Counted from the stretch's first letter, positions 9,655 to 19,667 are shown. The stretch: DNA of 64,000 bases from a candidate division FCPU426 bacterium (GCA_030591525.1 JAUVAV010000009.1:16805-80804); one strand, 5' to 3'. The notes: a model not told the origin generated them from the letters alone. Made by a program: numbers and translations.

Positions 9655-10772
9655 AGCATATTTTAATTACTCTGGGCCTCCTGCTATTTGCATCCCCGCC
9701 CACTACTGCCGCACCCTGTCCTTTATCAGATTATAAATTCTCCGGCTGTATCCAGGGCGAAGTCAGCGGAGCGGGCAAAGTGCCGGAAACCCGGGCCTTG
9801 ATGAAACGTCTGGATTTCCGGCTTAGCACTCTCCTGCCCTGGCCCGGATGGCTGATCGCAGCTGAAGCCGGCATGACAGGACTTCATATGGTTTTGGGAG
9901 AAACCTACCTGGAATACCGCCTGGGCACTGTTACTACCTTTAAAATCGGCCGCTTCCGCCTGCCTTTTGGTATTGAGCCCCAAACCCATGCCGCTAAAAT
10001 GGATACTATAGCAGGCTCGCTGCTTTACGGATTCGGAAATTACGGCTGGCCCGAAACATTGGGCCTGGCCGGTGTGGGTGAGTTTGCTTACGGCCTGCGG
10101 GCTGATTTTATCTGGCCGCCCCGGTTTGCCGGCCTCGCGCCTTTTATCAGCGCCGCCCTGGTTACTGGAAACGGGCGGGATATCATCCCGGATATCCCCT
10201 CCCAAGGCATGATCCGGCTGGGCTTTGCCAGTTGCCTGGAACTGGAGGAACTCCGGCATGAGATGGAATTGGGTCTTTCCGGAGCTTATGGTTGGAATGA
10301 ACTAAGCCAGTCAGGGGGAGAATATGTTCCCTTGGGGTGGTCGGGAAATCCGGAATTAAATGAGGCCGGGGTTGTAAGCTTTTCTAATTTCGGCGGCCAT
10401 GGTCCGGTTTCACTCCTGGGAGCGGATATCCGTCTGCGTATGAATGATCTGATTCTCAAGGCGGAATGGATGGCACGCCGCCTTGAGAACTTTCATTCCC
10501 ATGGTTACTATTTGACCGCTATTTTCGAACTGGAACGTTATATCCCGGCCAACCTGGACCTGGTGGCACGCTGGGAAGAGGTGGTTCAAGGTTACGCCGA
10601 CGGCCTGCATGCCCCGGGAAAACCCTATTCGGCTGCTACGGCCGGTCTTAAATGGAGGTTCTGTTCATACTGGCAGCTGGAAATTAATTATGTCAGCTTG
10701 CTTTATGCTTCCCGCCTCCACGCCTTTCCCAACTCAGATATTGTGATGGCTCTGCTTCAAGTCAGCTTTTAG
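9642..10772 (+). CDS. Outer-membrane beta-barrel, porin O/P-like
   Basis: Signal peptide; KIGRFRLPFGIE motif as in OprO/P-like porins; amphipathic strands; C-terminal LQVSF. Confidence 0.6.
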   Translation: MVVLKHILITLGLLLFASPPTTAAPCPLSDYKFSGCIQGEVSGAGKVPETRALMKRLDFRLSTLLPWPGWLIAAEAGMTGLHMVLGETYLEYRLGTVTTFKIGRFRLPFGIEPQTHAAKMDTIAGSLLYGFGNYGWPETLGLAGVGEFAYGLRADFIWPPRFAGLAPFISAALVTGNGRDIIPDIPSQGMIRLGFASCLELEELRHEMELGLSGAYGWNELSQSGGEYVPLGWSGNPELNEAGVVSFSNFGGHGPVSLLGADIRLRMNDLILKAEWMARRLENFHSHGYYLTAIFELERYIPANLDLVARWEEVVQGYADGLHAPGKPYSAATAGLKWRFCSYWQLEINYVSLLYASRLHAFPNSDIVMALLQVSF

Positions 10773-10791
10773 ACGCTCCCTTAAATAGTGC

Positions 10792-12399
10792 TTACCGCTT
10801 TTTACAAACTCGATTTCTCCCATTTTGTTTAGCAGTATATAATGCTTCGTCAGCACGCCGTATGAGCGTAGTTGCCGTATCCTCAGTGTCACCTAAATCT
10901 GCCACGCCCAGACTAATCGTGACACGAATAATTTGCTTCTGGAAATTAAATCTGGTTTTCTCTACCGCTCGCCTAAGTTTCTCGGCCACAATTACAGCGT
11001 CATGGATTTCAGTTTCGGATAAAACTATGGCGATTTCTTCACCGCCATAACGGGCTACGGTATCAGTTTCGCGCGTGTGTTCTTTTAAAATTCCCGCGGT
11101 CTGCTGTAATACTTTATCTCCCATTAAGTGTCCATAGGTATCATTGATGGATTTAAAATGATCCATATCTATCAGTATAAACGCCAGCGGCCGACGATAG
11201 CGCTGAGCACGGATGATTTCTTTTTCTAAGGTACTCATTAAATAGCGCCGGGTATAAATTTTCATAAGGGGATCTTCTTGGTATTCTCTCTGTTTTTTTT
11301 CAGTATGGGTATTAAAGAAATATATCATTTGATTCATAATATTAGCAATGCGTTGCGTAAAGACAAATTCGCGCGCTTCAATTAAAACGTCTTTGTAATT
11401 ACTAAGAAACACTTCCTTCAATCCATCCTCGATCCCGAGGATAGCGTCTTCGAGCCGATTCCCCTGGATATAAATAATTTTCCAGAGAACCGGCAAAAAT
11501 ATCAGGATTAAAATAAAAATGATTATTGCGCTGGAAACAATAAACTTTTTAAATAAGCTGGTCATATCAAATTCGAGACAAAATATATTTTTTTGCCCAA
11601 AATTTTGTCTAACCCGGTACTTCCAGCCATAGGCTGCTTTAGATTTTATCAACAAATGAATGCCGGATTTCGTTGACAATCCACAATTAGCAAAATCATT
11701 TCCAACCCTTCCCGGCAATTTATCCTGGTTGCGCTGCCAAAAATAACACTTTTTCTCTTCACTGGGATGCCAGATCAGAATCTCTAAATTTTCAATACTG
11801 GCAAGCTGGTTTTGAACCAGGCGGGGAATCAACCCGAACTCAGGAAGAGATGTTTTTAAACTTTCTTCAGCCATCTGCGCTTGGGGCGGGGAAGGCAGCC
11901 TGCGTTTAGGAGGCGATGTTGGTTGCAGGCGTTCGCGGGTTATATGGTTTTTAGTTTGGTTGCTAAAAATATTTTTAACTATTCGAAATTCATACATGTT
12001 GCTTATTGCTTTGAGCAGGTTTTTTAAAAACCAGATCGCTTTTAAAAACATCGCCTTAAATTTATAGGAGCTGACACTTAATTTGATTTTTGATTTTATT
12101 TTTTTTATTTCAGATATTTTCCGGACGGCTTTTTTATTAATTTTATTTATTTTCGCCTTGAAAACCGTGTTTAGCGCAGAGGTGGTAGTTGCGGGATCCC
12201 TATATACTATGCTAGGCTTAATTAATTTTCGTTGCTGTAAACAAATAAACGCTTTTTCTGATCGTTCGGCAATTGTTTTTTGACTCATATAATCAAAAAT
12301 AAATCCAGCTGCAATAATCAGGAAACAAGCAAAAATCAAAACCGCCGCGGTAATATGAATACCCAACCGCTGATGAAAAACCGCAGGTCGCTTTAACAT
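10792..12399 (-). CDS. Membrane-bound diguanylate cyclase (two TM plus GGDEF)
   Basis: DMDHFKSINDTYGH, RYGGEEI active site, RETD (RxxD) I-site, AKQNGRNRV. Confidence 0.9.
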   Translation of the reverse strand: MLKRPAVFHQRLGIHITAAVLIFACFLIIAAGFIFDYMSQKTIAERSEKAFICLQQRKLIKPSIVYRDPATTTSALNTVFKAKINKINKKAVRKISEIKKIKSKIKLSVSSYKFKAMFLKAIWFLKNLLKAISNMYEFRIVKNIFSNQTKNHITRERLQPTSPPKRRLPSPPQAQMAEESLKTSLPEFGLIPRLVQNQLASIENLEILIWHPSEEKKCYFWQRNQDKLPGRVGNDFANCGLSTKSGIHLLIKSKAAYGWKYRVRQNFGQKNIFCLEFDMTSLFKKFIVSSAIIIFILILIFLPVLWKIIYIQGNRLEDAILGIEDGLKEVFLSNYKDVLIEAREFVFTQRIANIMNQMIYFFNTHTEKKQREYQEDPLMKIYTRRYLMSTLEKEIIRAQRYRRPLAFILIDMDHFKSINDTYGHLMGDKVLQQTAGILKEHTRETDTVARYGGEEIAIVLSETEIHDAVIVAEKLRRAVEKTRFNFQKQIIRVTISLGVADLGDTEDTATTLIRRADEALYTAKQNGRNRVCKKR

Positions 12400-12409
12400 T
12401 TCGGGCCCC

Positions 12410-12563
12410 TAGGAGTTTGAGCATTTAGTCATAGACTAATTGCTCAAACTCCAGAGCAATTGAAAATCGAACAATAGATCAATAAAAAACTCAATTGCGG
12501 TCTATTTTCTAGTGCTCAATTGCTCAGAAATTAAAAAAATCAGACTAATTGCTCAAGCTTCTA
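12410..12563. mobile_element. MITE-like element flanked by TA, 19-bp imperfect TIRs
   Basis: TA-GGAGTTTGAGCATTTAGTC ... GACTAATTGCTCAAGCTTC-TA (16/19 complementary); an internal extra TIR copy forms a palindrome at 12412-12452; related copy at 24826-24872. Confidence 0.72.
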
Positions 12564-12595
12564 ATTATTTGCGCATTTATATGAGAGTATTGGCT

Positions 12596-14113
12596 TTATT
12601 TTTTTAGGGGAAATTTCAAAGTCAGAATCTCGCTCTGGGTGGTCTCCTGGCCTTGGTAGTCTAGAGCCGTAACGGCATACCGCCAGGTTCCCCGCTTAAC
12701 TTTTTTTAGCCAAATCAGATTTTTCGAGATCGGTTTGGTCTCAATTTTTTTTAGCTGACCTTGCTTGCCTCGGCCTCGATAGAAATGATATTTCCGGGTA
12801 ATCAGAGCTGAATCCAACCAGTAAATCAAAACTCCCTTTCCGGTTTTTATATATTTTGGCTTAGCCGGCGATTCCTGAGAAGCCGCTTGCTGTTGGTTAA
12901 TAATCTTTTTAAGGTCTGCCAACGCTTGCTCGGCTTCGGCCGCGGCTTGATTTATCTTCAAAAACTTGACTTTAGGCAGCAAGTAATAAGTGCCGCCCAC
13001 TCCCAGAATTAATCCTAAAATAAATACTATGAAAACACCTATACGGCTTTTCCCTTTTCCAGAAACATCCTCCGGCATATCATCGAGGTCTTCGGAAAAC
13101 AGGACACTTTGCCGGGCCTGAACCTCTGACGGTTTCTGCTGCCGATTATTTTGATCTTCATACGGTCCGGTATCTAATATATTTCCAGCTGCGGTTTTAA
13201 AGTTAGAATCCGAATCCGGTTCATCATCTTCATTGACGCGCAGGGTAATTCCCGAACCTGTTTTTGAGATCAGCTCCCGTTCCGGCTCCCGTTCCGGCTC
13301 CAGCTCTGGCTCCAGCTCTGGCTCCAGCTCTGGCTCCAGCTCTGGCTCCGGTTCTGGCTCCGGGTCTTCAAATAGAGAAGCTCCTTTTAGCAAGCGATCT
13401 TCCTGCTCCGGATCGGACTTCACCTCTACTATTTCCTCTTCCGCGTCCAAGGCTTCCTTGGTTTCAGCTTCCTCCCGGTCAGACGACTGACTAGCGCGGC
13501 CATTGGAAAACGAGTCCCTCTCCAATAATGGTGCTTCGTCAGACATAAAATCTTTCGGCACCTGAATGGAATCCAAGTTAATTTTTAATTCCTTTTTCTT
13601 AATCCCTTTCTTTTTATCCGGCTTGGATTCCCGGCTCCCGGAGGACGCGGCTTTCCGGCGGGCGGAGGGTTTAGCCGGTTTTTTTTCGTTTTTGCCTATC
13701 TCCGGCTCGCCTTCCATTTCCAGCAAATTCATAACCGCGGGTGAAATTATAGCCGGCATTCCTTCGGCTCGTGAGACCAGCAAATCGAAAATTTCATTTA
13801 GCGCCATCTGAAGTTCATCCGGCATGGCGGAAATCTGGGTCATTCCGTCCAGCATTAGCTTGACTTCAGTCAGTTGATTGATAGAAGGATTTTTAAAATT
13901 CAACCCGCGTTCCCCAAAAATCGCTTCCATGAAACCACTGACATGCTGAAAAAGCCCTTTTTCTTCCTGTTTAAGTCCAACGGCTGAATTACCCTTAGTT
14001 TGATTCAAACGGCTGATAACAATATATGCGGAGATCACTCCATCCCGGACTTCCAGCGGAGTCAACTCTCCCTTAGTCATAAATTCTTTCAGCCGTTTTA
14101 AATACTTTTCCAT
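12596..14113 (-). CDS. Bitopic membrane protein of unknown function (acidic linker, one TM, C-terminal FN3-like domain)
   Basis: 505-aa ORF; TM IGVFIVFILGLILGVGGTYYLL; C-terminal YHFYR...WRYAVTALD..GQET resembling FN3. Confidence 0.65.
   Translation of the reverse strand: MEKYLKRLKEFMTKGELTPLEVRDGVISAYIVISRLNQTKGNSAVGLKQEEKGLFQHVSGFMEAIFGERGLNFKNPSINQLTEVKLMLDGMTQISAMPDELQMALNEIFDLLVSRAEGMPAIISPAVMNLLEMEGEPEIGKNEKKPAKPSARRKAASSGSRESKPDKKKGIKKKELKINLDSIQVPKDFMSDEAPLLERDSFSNGRASQSSDREEAETKEALDAEEEIVEVKSDPEQEDRLLKGASLFEDPEPEPEPELEPELEPELEPELEPEREPERELISKTGSGITLRVNEDDEPDSDSNFKTAAGNILDTGPYEDQNNRQQKPSEVQARQSVLFSEDLDDMPEDVSGKGKSRIGVFIVFILGLILGVGGTYYLLPKVKFLKINQAAAEAEQALADLKKIINQQQAASQESPAKPKYIKTGKGVLIYWLDSALITRKYHFYRGRGKQGQLKKIETKPISKNLIWLKKVKRGTWRYAVTALDYQGQETTQSEILTLKFPLKK
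13272..13367. repeat. 12-bp in-frame tandem repeat (8 units)
   Basis: GGCTCCAGCTCT four times exactly at 13296-13343, plus four variant units; encodes EPEL/EPER repeats. Confidence 0.92.
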
Positions 14114-14214
14114 GCCCTGTACCCCCTGGCACTATTAGTTTTATTTATTATATCACCAGGATTGTTCTCCTGCAACCGGTCATCTTGTCTTTTCTTATCC
14201 CCTCCGCCGGATTA

Positions 14215-14733
14215 TTAATCTTTTTCGGCCAGCGCTTTTACAATGGCCCGGCCAAAAGCTTCCGCTGCTTCCGGTCCCGAGGCGGTGATAAGCTGGCCTT
14301 CTATTTCCACCGGATGGCCGGTATAAATTGCTCCGGCTTTTTCCAGTTCCTCTTTTCCCGTTGGGAAAACCGTGGCCTTTTTCCCTTGCAATAAACCGGC
14401 GCGCGCCAGAATAACCGGCGCAATGCAGATCGCGGTCAGGAGTTTCCCCGGTTGCATAAATTCAGAGGCGGCTTGATGCGCCCGGGGCATCTCAAAATAC
14501 TCACTCGTCCCTGGCCCGCCGACAAAGAGCAGCGCATCGAAATCCGAGACTTGAATATCGGTCAGGCACATATCCACCGGTATAATCCGGCCGAATTTGC
14601 TGACAGCCGAGTTTGCTCGTGAAGAAACCGTAACTACTTGAATTCCGTTAGCTGTGAAAATTTCTTTAGGCGTCCAATATTCTTCGTCGCGAAATCCGTT
14701 TTGGGCAATAACCATGGCGATTTTTTTTTGCAT
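14215..14733 (-). CDS. DJ-1/PfpI family protein
   Basis: GFRDEEY, FDALLFVGGPG, AICIAPVILARAGLL and ITASGP. Confidence 0.9.
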   Translation of the reverse strand: MQKKIAMVIAQNGFRDEEYWTPKEIFTANGIQVVTVSSRANSAVSKFGRIIPVDMCLTDIQVSDFDALLFVGGPGTSEYFEMPRAHQAASEFMQPGKLLTAICIAPVILARAGLLQGKKATVFPTGKEELEKAGAIYTGHPVEIEGQLITASGPEAAEAFGRAIVKALAEKD

Positions 14734-14760
14734 CTTACGCTCCTGCCGTAGCCGTTTTAT

Positions 14761-16152
14761 TCATTCCCCGCTCCCACCAACGGTGATCTTGGGAATACGC
14801 AGCGTCGGCTGAGCATCCGCTACGGGCACGCTTTGTTCATCCTTGCCGCAGGTTCCAATCCCCAGTCCGCAATCCGTCCCAACCATGTCAATGCTTTTTA
14901 AAACTTGCTGTCCGTTTCCAATCAGGGTAGCGCCGCGCACCGGTTCCGCGGGTTCACCCTCCCGAATAATATAGCCTTCATTGATCTCAAATACAAAATC
15001 ACCGTTTACGGTATTGACCTGGCCGCCGCCCATGCGTACTACATACAAACCCCGGGATACGGATTTGATAATATCGTCCGGAGGACTCTCTCCCGGAAGA
15101 ATCATAGTATTGCTCATACGCGGCAGTGGCCCATAGGCATAGGACTGGCGTCTCCCATTGCCGGTCGGCCGCACTCCGGCCAGGCGGGCACTGAGCATAT
15201 CATGCATGAATCCCAGCAATACGCCCCGCTCCACCAGCAGGGTCCGCTCCCCTGGCGAGCCTTCGTCATCCAACCCATAAGAACCCCGCCATCCCTCCAA
15301 GGTCGCGTCATCCACTACGCTGATAAGCGGCGAGGCCACATTCTGCCCGATTTTATCCCCAAAAGGGGAAAGCCCCTTCCTAATCAAATCGCCTTCCAAG
15401 GAATGACCAATAGCCTCGTGGATCATGGTTCCCCCGGCCTCGGAAGCCAGCACTACGGTCATGCGTCCGCTGGGCGCGGGCTGGGCTGTCAGCAGCATAT
15501 GGGCTCGGCGTCCGGCCCTCATTCCGGTCTCGCCGGGATCCTGGTCATGAAAAAATTCCCAGCCCCGGGCCCCGCCTAGGGACTCATATCCGGTCTGTAT
15601 GATATTATCTTGGCCCGCTACGGCATTGACCCCCAGCATAACCTGGACTCTCTGATCCTCGAACCAGATACGGTCTGACCTGGCTATACCTACTCGCTGC
15701 GTAAAACCATTCAACATAACAGTAACCTGGCGTATTAAAGGCCCTGATCCGCGAGCGGCCCTTTCCGCTTGCATGGCCAATTCAAGCCGCTGAGCAAGCG
15801 GAAGCGCAGCTGGTGAATGCCCAGCCAGCCTGGGCTTTCTCTGGGATTGCAAAATCATTGGATCTGCTTTGCTTTGTTCCTCCGTTGAACCAATCAGCTC
15901 ACAGGCCGCATCCCGGAGCCCCTGGGAGGTCACCTCATTGGTGCTGGCAAAAAAAGTAGCATCCCCGCGCACTAAACGGAGACCGGCACCGAGTTCGCCC
16001 TGGTCAATAATTTGATCCGGCCGGGAGTCTTCGATCTTTATCCTGGTGGTATGATTTTCTTCTATAAATATGTCGGCAAAATCGCATCCGGCCCGGGTCA
16101 GGATAGGCAAGGCCTCGCCGGCGATTTCCTGCCAGTTTATGACTTCCGGCAT
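14761..16152 (-). CDS. tldD: TldD-family metalloprotease
   Basis: HEAIGH (HExxxH), GNGRRQSY, PRMSNT and C-terminal GTCGK. Confidence 0.9.
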   Translation of the reverse strand: MPEVINWQEIAGEALPILTRAGCDFADIFIEENHTTRIKIEDSRPDQIIDQGELGAGLRLVRGDATFFASTNEVTSQGLRDAACELIGSTEEQSKADPMILQSQRKPRLAGHSPAALPLAQRLELAMQAERAARGSGPLIRQVTVMLNGFTQRVGIARSDRIWFEDQRVQVMLGVNAVAGQDNIIQTGYESLGGARGWEFFHDQDPGETGMRAGRRAHMLLTAQPAPSGRMTVVLASEAGGTMIHEAIGHSLEGDLIRKGLSPFGDKIGQNVASPLISVVDDATLEGWRGSYGLDDEGSPGERTLLVERGVLLGFMHDMLSARLAGVRPTGNGRRQSYAYGPLPRMSNTMILPGESPPDDIIKSVSRGLYVVRMGGGQVNTVNGDFVFEINEGYIIREGEPAEPVRGATLIGNGQQVLKSIDMVGTDCGLGIGTCGKDEQSVPVADAQPTLRIPKITVGGSGE

Positions 16153-16167
16153 AAATTCAACTCCAGT

Positions 16168-17604
16168 TTATTTATTCGCATATTTAAATGCTAACTGCCG
16201 CCCGGTTTCCAGCAGGCGGCGTACCCGCGCCGGCTGGGACGATTCCGCGTAAATCCGCACCAGGGGCTCGGTTCCGGAAGGCCGGATCAGCAGCCAGGAA
16301 TCGTCTTCCAGGATAAACTTCACCCCGTCAAAATCTTTGATTTTCCTGATTCTTGTCCGGTCCATTAAGGCTGGCGGATTCTTGGTCAAGCCGTCCAGCA
16401 AAGCCGCACGCCGTTCCAGGGGAAAACCGAGATCCAACCGCTGGTAATGAAAGGCTCCGAATTCCTTTTCCATCTCTTTTAGAATCCAGGAAAGCGGCCG
16501 GCCTTCCATGGCCGCCAATTCCAGCAGAAGCAATCCAGCCAATACCCCGTCGCGCTCGGGAATATAATGGTGAAATCCCATGCCTCCGGATTCCTCGCCG
16601 GCCAGCATAAAATTCTCTTTTAAAATCAGCTCTCCGAGATGCTTAAAGCCCACCGGTGTTTCCCGCAATTCCAGACCATAAACCGCGCACATCCGGTCTA
16701 TCAAAAAGGTTCCGGATATGGTCTTGCCCACCGGCCCGCTTACTTTCCGGTTTTTAATAAAATGCCGTATCAGGAGCCCCAGGATTTTATGCGAGGTGAT
16801 ATATCTACCCTGGTCATCGACCAGGCCTACGCGATCCGCATCGCCGTCAACCGCTATTCCCAGATGCGCATGATTTTTTCGTACCGCATACTTTAAATCG
16901 CGCAGGCTCTCTTCTACTGGTTCGGGCTGCAATCCGCCGAAAAGCGGATCGCGTTGGTTGTGAATTGACAGAACTTTACAACGGTTGGCACCCGGGCGTT
17001 TCCATTCCAGGCAACGGCCCAGAAAATCAAGTCCGGATCCGTAAAGCGGGTCATATACTATGCGCAGGGGGAATTTCCGAATTTTTTCCATATCCACATA
17101 GGCGGTGATCTTGTTTAGGTACGGGGCTTCCAAATCCACGGGCTTTATAAGCCGGCGCTGCCGGGCCTGCTCAAGATCCAGGCTTTTCACTCTCTGTTTA
17201 TCGATCAAGGTTTCAATTCGTTGCGTAGTCTCGGGCAGGGCCGAGCCGCCAAAATCGGACTTGATTTTAAAGCCGTTATATTCATAGGGATTATGCGAAG
17301 ATGTAATGACCACCGCGCCGGCAGCCTTAAAATGCTTCACGCCCCAGGAAACCGCAGGCGTAGGCATGGCTTGGCCGGTCATAAGCACGGACAATCCATT
17401 GGCGCAAAGAACCCCGGCCGCAGCCTGGGCAAACTCTTCGGAAAGAAAACGGTTGTCATAGCCGACAATGATTGGTTTATTTTTGGTGGGAAGCTCTTTA
17501 AAATAAAGGGCCGTGGCCTGGGCTACCCGGCGGACGTTCTCCATGGTAAATTCCCGGGCAATAACGGCCCGCCAACCGTCAGTTCCGAATTTGATTTTAT
17601 CCAT
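16168..17604 (-). CDS. Phosphomannomutase/phosphoglucomutase
   Basis: FGTDGWR, ITSSHNP, DGDADR, GEESGG and RPSGTEP; start ATG 17604. Confidence 0.93.
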   Translation of the reverse strand: MDKIKFGTDGWRAVIAREFTMENVRRVAQATALYFKELPTKNKPIIVGYDNRFLSEEFAQAAAGVLCANGLSVLMTGQAMPTPAVSWGVKHFKAAGAVVITSSHNPYEYNGFKIKSDFGGSALPETTQRIETLIDKQRVKSLDLEQARQRRLIKPVDLEAPYLNKITAYVDMEKIRKFPLRIVYDPLYGSGLDFLGRCLEWKRPGANRCKVLSIHNQRDPLFGGLQPEPVEESLRDLKYAVRKNHAHLGIAVDGDADRVGLVDDQGRYITSHKILGLLIRHFIKNRKVSGPVGKTISGTFLIDRMCAVYGLELRETPVGFKHLGELILKENFMLAGEESGGMGFHHYIPERDGVLAGLLLLELAAMEGRPLSWILKEMEKEFGAFHYQRLDLGFPLERRAALLDGLTKNPPALMDRTRIRKIKDFDGVKFILEDDSWLLIRPSGTEPLVRIYAESSQPARVRRLLETGRQLAFKYANK

Positions 17605-17626
17605 TAAGTATTTCTCCTGACATTTT

Positions 17627-18694
17627 TCAAACCACACTGTAATCCGGAATAATGGTGCCCTGCCCGAGCACGCTGCCCGGACGCACAGTGACAAAACGTC
17701 CGATCCGGCAGGCCGAGCCTATCACGCATCCGGAAAGCTTGGCTCCCTCTCCGATATCCACCCCATCCCAGATCACGCTGTGCCGAATCACAGCATGCGG
17801 TCCTACCTTTACTTTGCTGCCTAGTACTGCAAATTCTCCGATTCGCGCTTCCTCAGCCACAAAGCAATCATCGCCTAAAATTCCGGGCGAGCTTAATTCC
17901 GCCGTGGAATGAAAACGGCATCTTTTTCCCATATACAGCTTCGAATTTTTCTTCGCAACCGAACCAATCGGCAGCATGAACATGCGGCCTTCCAGGATAT
18001 CCTGATGGGCCTGGAGATATTTAGCCGGAGTCCCGATATCCATCCAGTAATCGCGGCTGGGAAACGACCATACCCTTTGTCCGGCAGAGAGCAGCTCGGG
18101 AAAAAGTTGGCGTTCCGAGGAATAGTTCTCACCCTCGGGAATCTGGTCAAATATCGCGGAATCGAAAATATACACCCCGGAATTAATCCAATGAGTCTGC
18201 CCTTCTCCCGGACTGGGTTTTTCCAGGAAACTATGAACCCGGCCGGCCTGGTTCGTCTGGACTAATCCATAGGCCGAAGGATCTTCCACCCAGGTAAGAC
18301 CTATGGTTAATACTGACCGCTGCCCGCGATGAACAGCTGCCATGCGCGTTAAATTAATATCTGTCAGAATATCACCGTTTAAAACCACTACCGTTTCCCG
18401 GCGATTAATAAATTTACCGGCATTTCGGATGGCGCCGGCCGTGCCTAAGGGTTGAGACTCCAGCGCATAATGCAGCTTGATTCCATATCGCCGGCCAGTG
18501 CCAAAGGCTGCCCGTAAAAGTTCGGGCTTGTGGCAGGTGGAAAGAATTATATCGCGTATCCCATGCTGCCGCAGAAAGGCAAACTGGTATTCCAGAAAGG
18601 CATGCCCCAGCATGGGCACCATACTTTTCAGGCAGTGGAGCGTAAGCGGCCGGAGTCTGGTTCCTTCACCACCAACTAAAATAATGGCTTTCAT
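17627..18694 (-). CDS. NDP-sugar pyrophosphorylase (mannose-1-phosphate guanylyltransferase-like) with hexapeptide tail
   Basis: LVGGEGTRLRPLT, PLGTAG, EKP and WMDIGTP; C-terminal left-handed beta-helix repeats. Confidence 0.88.
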   Translation of the reverse strand: MKAIILVGGEGTRLRPLTLHCLKSMVPMLGHAFLEYQFAFLRQHGIRDIILSTCHKPELLRAAFGTGRRYGIKLHYALESQPLGTAGAIRNAGKFINRRETVVVLNGDILTDINLTRMAAVHRGQRSVLTIGLTWVEDPSAYGLVQTNQAGRVHSFLEKPSPGEGQTHWINSGVYIFDSAIFDQIPEGENYSSERQLFPELLSAGQRVWSFPSRDYWMDIGTPAKYLQAHQDILEGRMFMLPIGSVAKKNSKLYMGKRCRFHSTAELSSPGILGDDCFVAEEARIGEFAVLGSKVKVGPHAVIRHSVIWDGVDIGEGAKLSGCVIGSACRIGRFVTVRPGSVLGQGTIIPDYSVV

Positions 18695-19647
18695 TGCCCT
18701 GAATCCCCTTGAGTTCGGCCGGGTTCAGCCTGGCGGTTTTTAAAGAATTCTACGGTCCTGGCAATGCCTTCGGCCAAGCTGGCACGCGGCTCCCATCCCA
18801 GTACTTGTCCCGCCAGACCGGCATCAAGGTAATTAGCTTGCAAATCTCCCCGGCGCGGAGGACCGTGCTGGGCCTGAATATCGCTTTGCATAACCATTCG
18901 TATGGTTTCATACAAGACATTGACGTCGGTCGGCTTGTTAGTACCAATATTCAAGGCGATATTTTCTCCCTTGGTCAGGGCTTTCAGGTTGGCTGCTACC
19001 ACATCCCCCACAAACACATAATCACGTATGCAAGAACCGTCTCCATTGATAATGGGCGTTTTCCCTCTCAACAAAGCTTTAATAAAAATAGACACCACGC
19101 CGGCTTCTCCGTGCGGGTCCTGCCGGGGACCATAAACATTGCTATAGCGGAAAACCACATATTTCATTTTAGTCCGGCCGGCAAAGAATTTAAGATACAT
19201 CTCGCCCGCGTATTTGGAAATGCCGTAAGGCGATGCCGGCTGCATAGGAAAATCTTCCCGGGCCGGAAGATTTTCCGGCTCGCCATATACTACTCCGCCG
19301 GAGGATACATAGATAATTTTCTCGACCTGGTGCTTTTGGCAGGCTTGCAGCAAATTAAGCCATCCCATTACATTGATTTGCGCGTCCACCATCGGTTTAT
19401 CCACTGACAATGGAACCGAAATTTGCGCGGCGTGATGATCGACTACCTGAGGCTTGAACTCCGCGAAAACCTCGTCTATCCGCGGGTCGGCAATATCCAT
19501 TTGATAAAACTTGGCCTTAGGATCGACATTCTCCCGGGTTCCGGAAGAAAGATCATCCACTATCGCGACCTCATGTCCGGCCTGTATAAAGGCGTCCGCT
19601 ACATTCGAGCCGATGAATCCCGCGCCGCCGGTAACCAAAATTTTCAT
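18691..19647 (-). CDS. NAD-dependent epimerase (UDP-glucose 4-epimerase-like)
   Basis: TGGAGFIGS, YGISK and NVYGPRQDPHGEAGVV. Confidence 0.88.
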   Translation of the reverse strand: MKILVTGGAGFIGSNVADAFIQAGHEVAIVDDLSSGTRENVDPKAKFYQMDIADPRIDEVFAEFKPQVVDHHAAQISVPLSVDKPMVDAQINVMGWLNLLQACQKHQVEKIIYVSSGGVVYGEPENLPAREDFPMQPASPYGISKYAGEMYLKFFAGRTKMKYVVFRYSNVYGPRQDPHGEAGVVSIFIKALLRGKTPIINGDGSCIRDYVFVGDVVAANLKALTKGENIALNIGTNKPTDVNVLYETIRMVMQSDIQAQHGPPRRGDLQANYLDAGLAGQVLGWEPRASLAEGIARTVEFFKNRQAEPGRTQGDSGQ

Positions 19648-19667
19648 GCTTAACCTCCGAAAAATAT

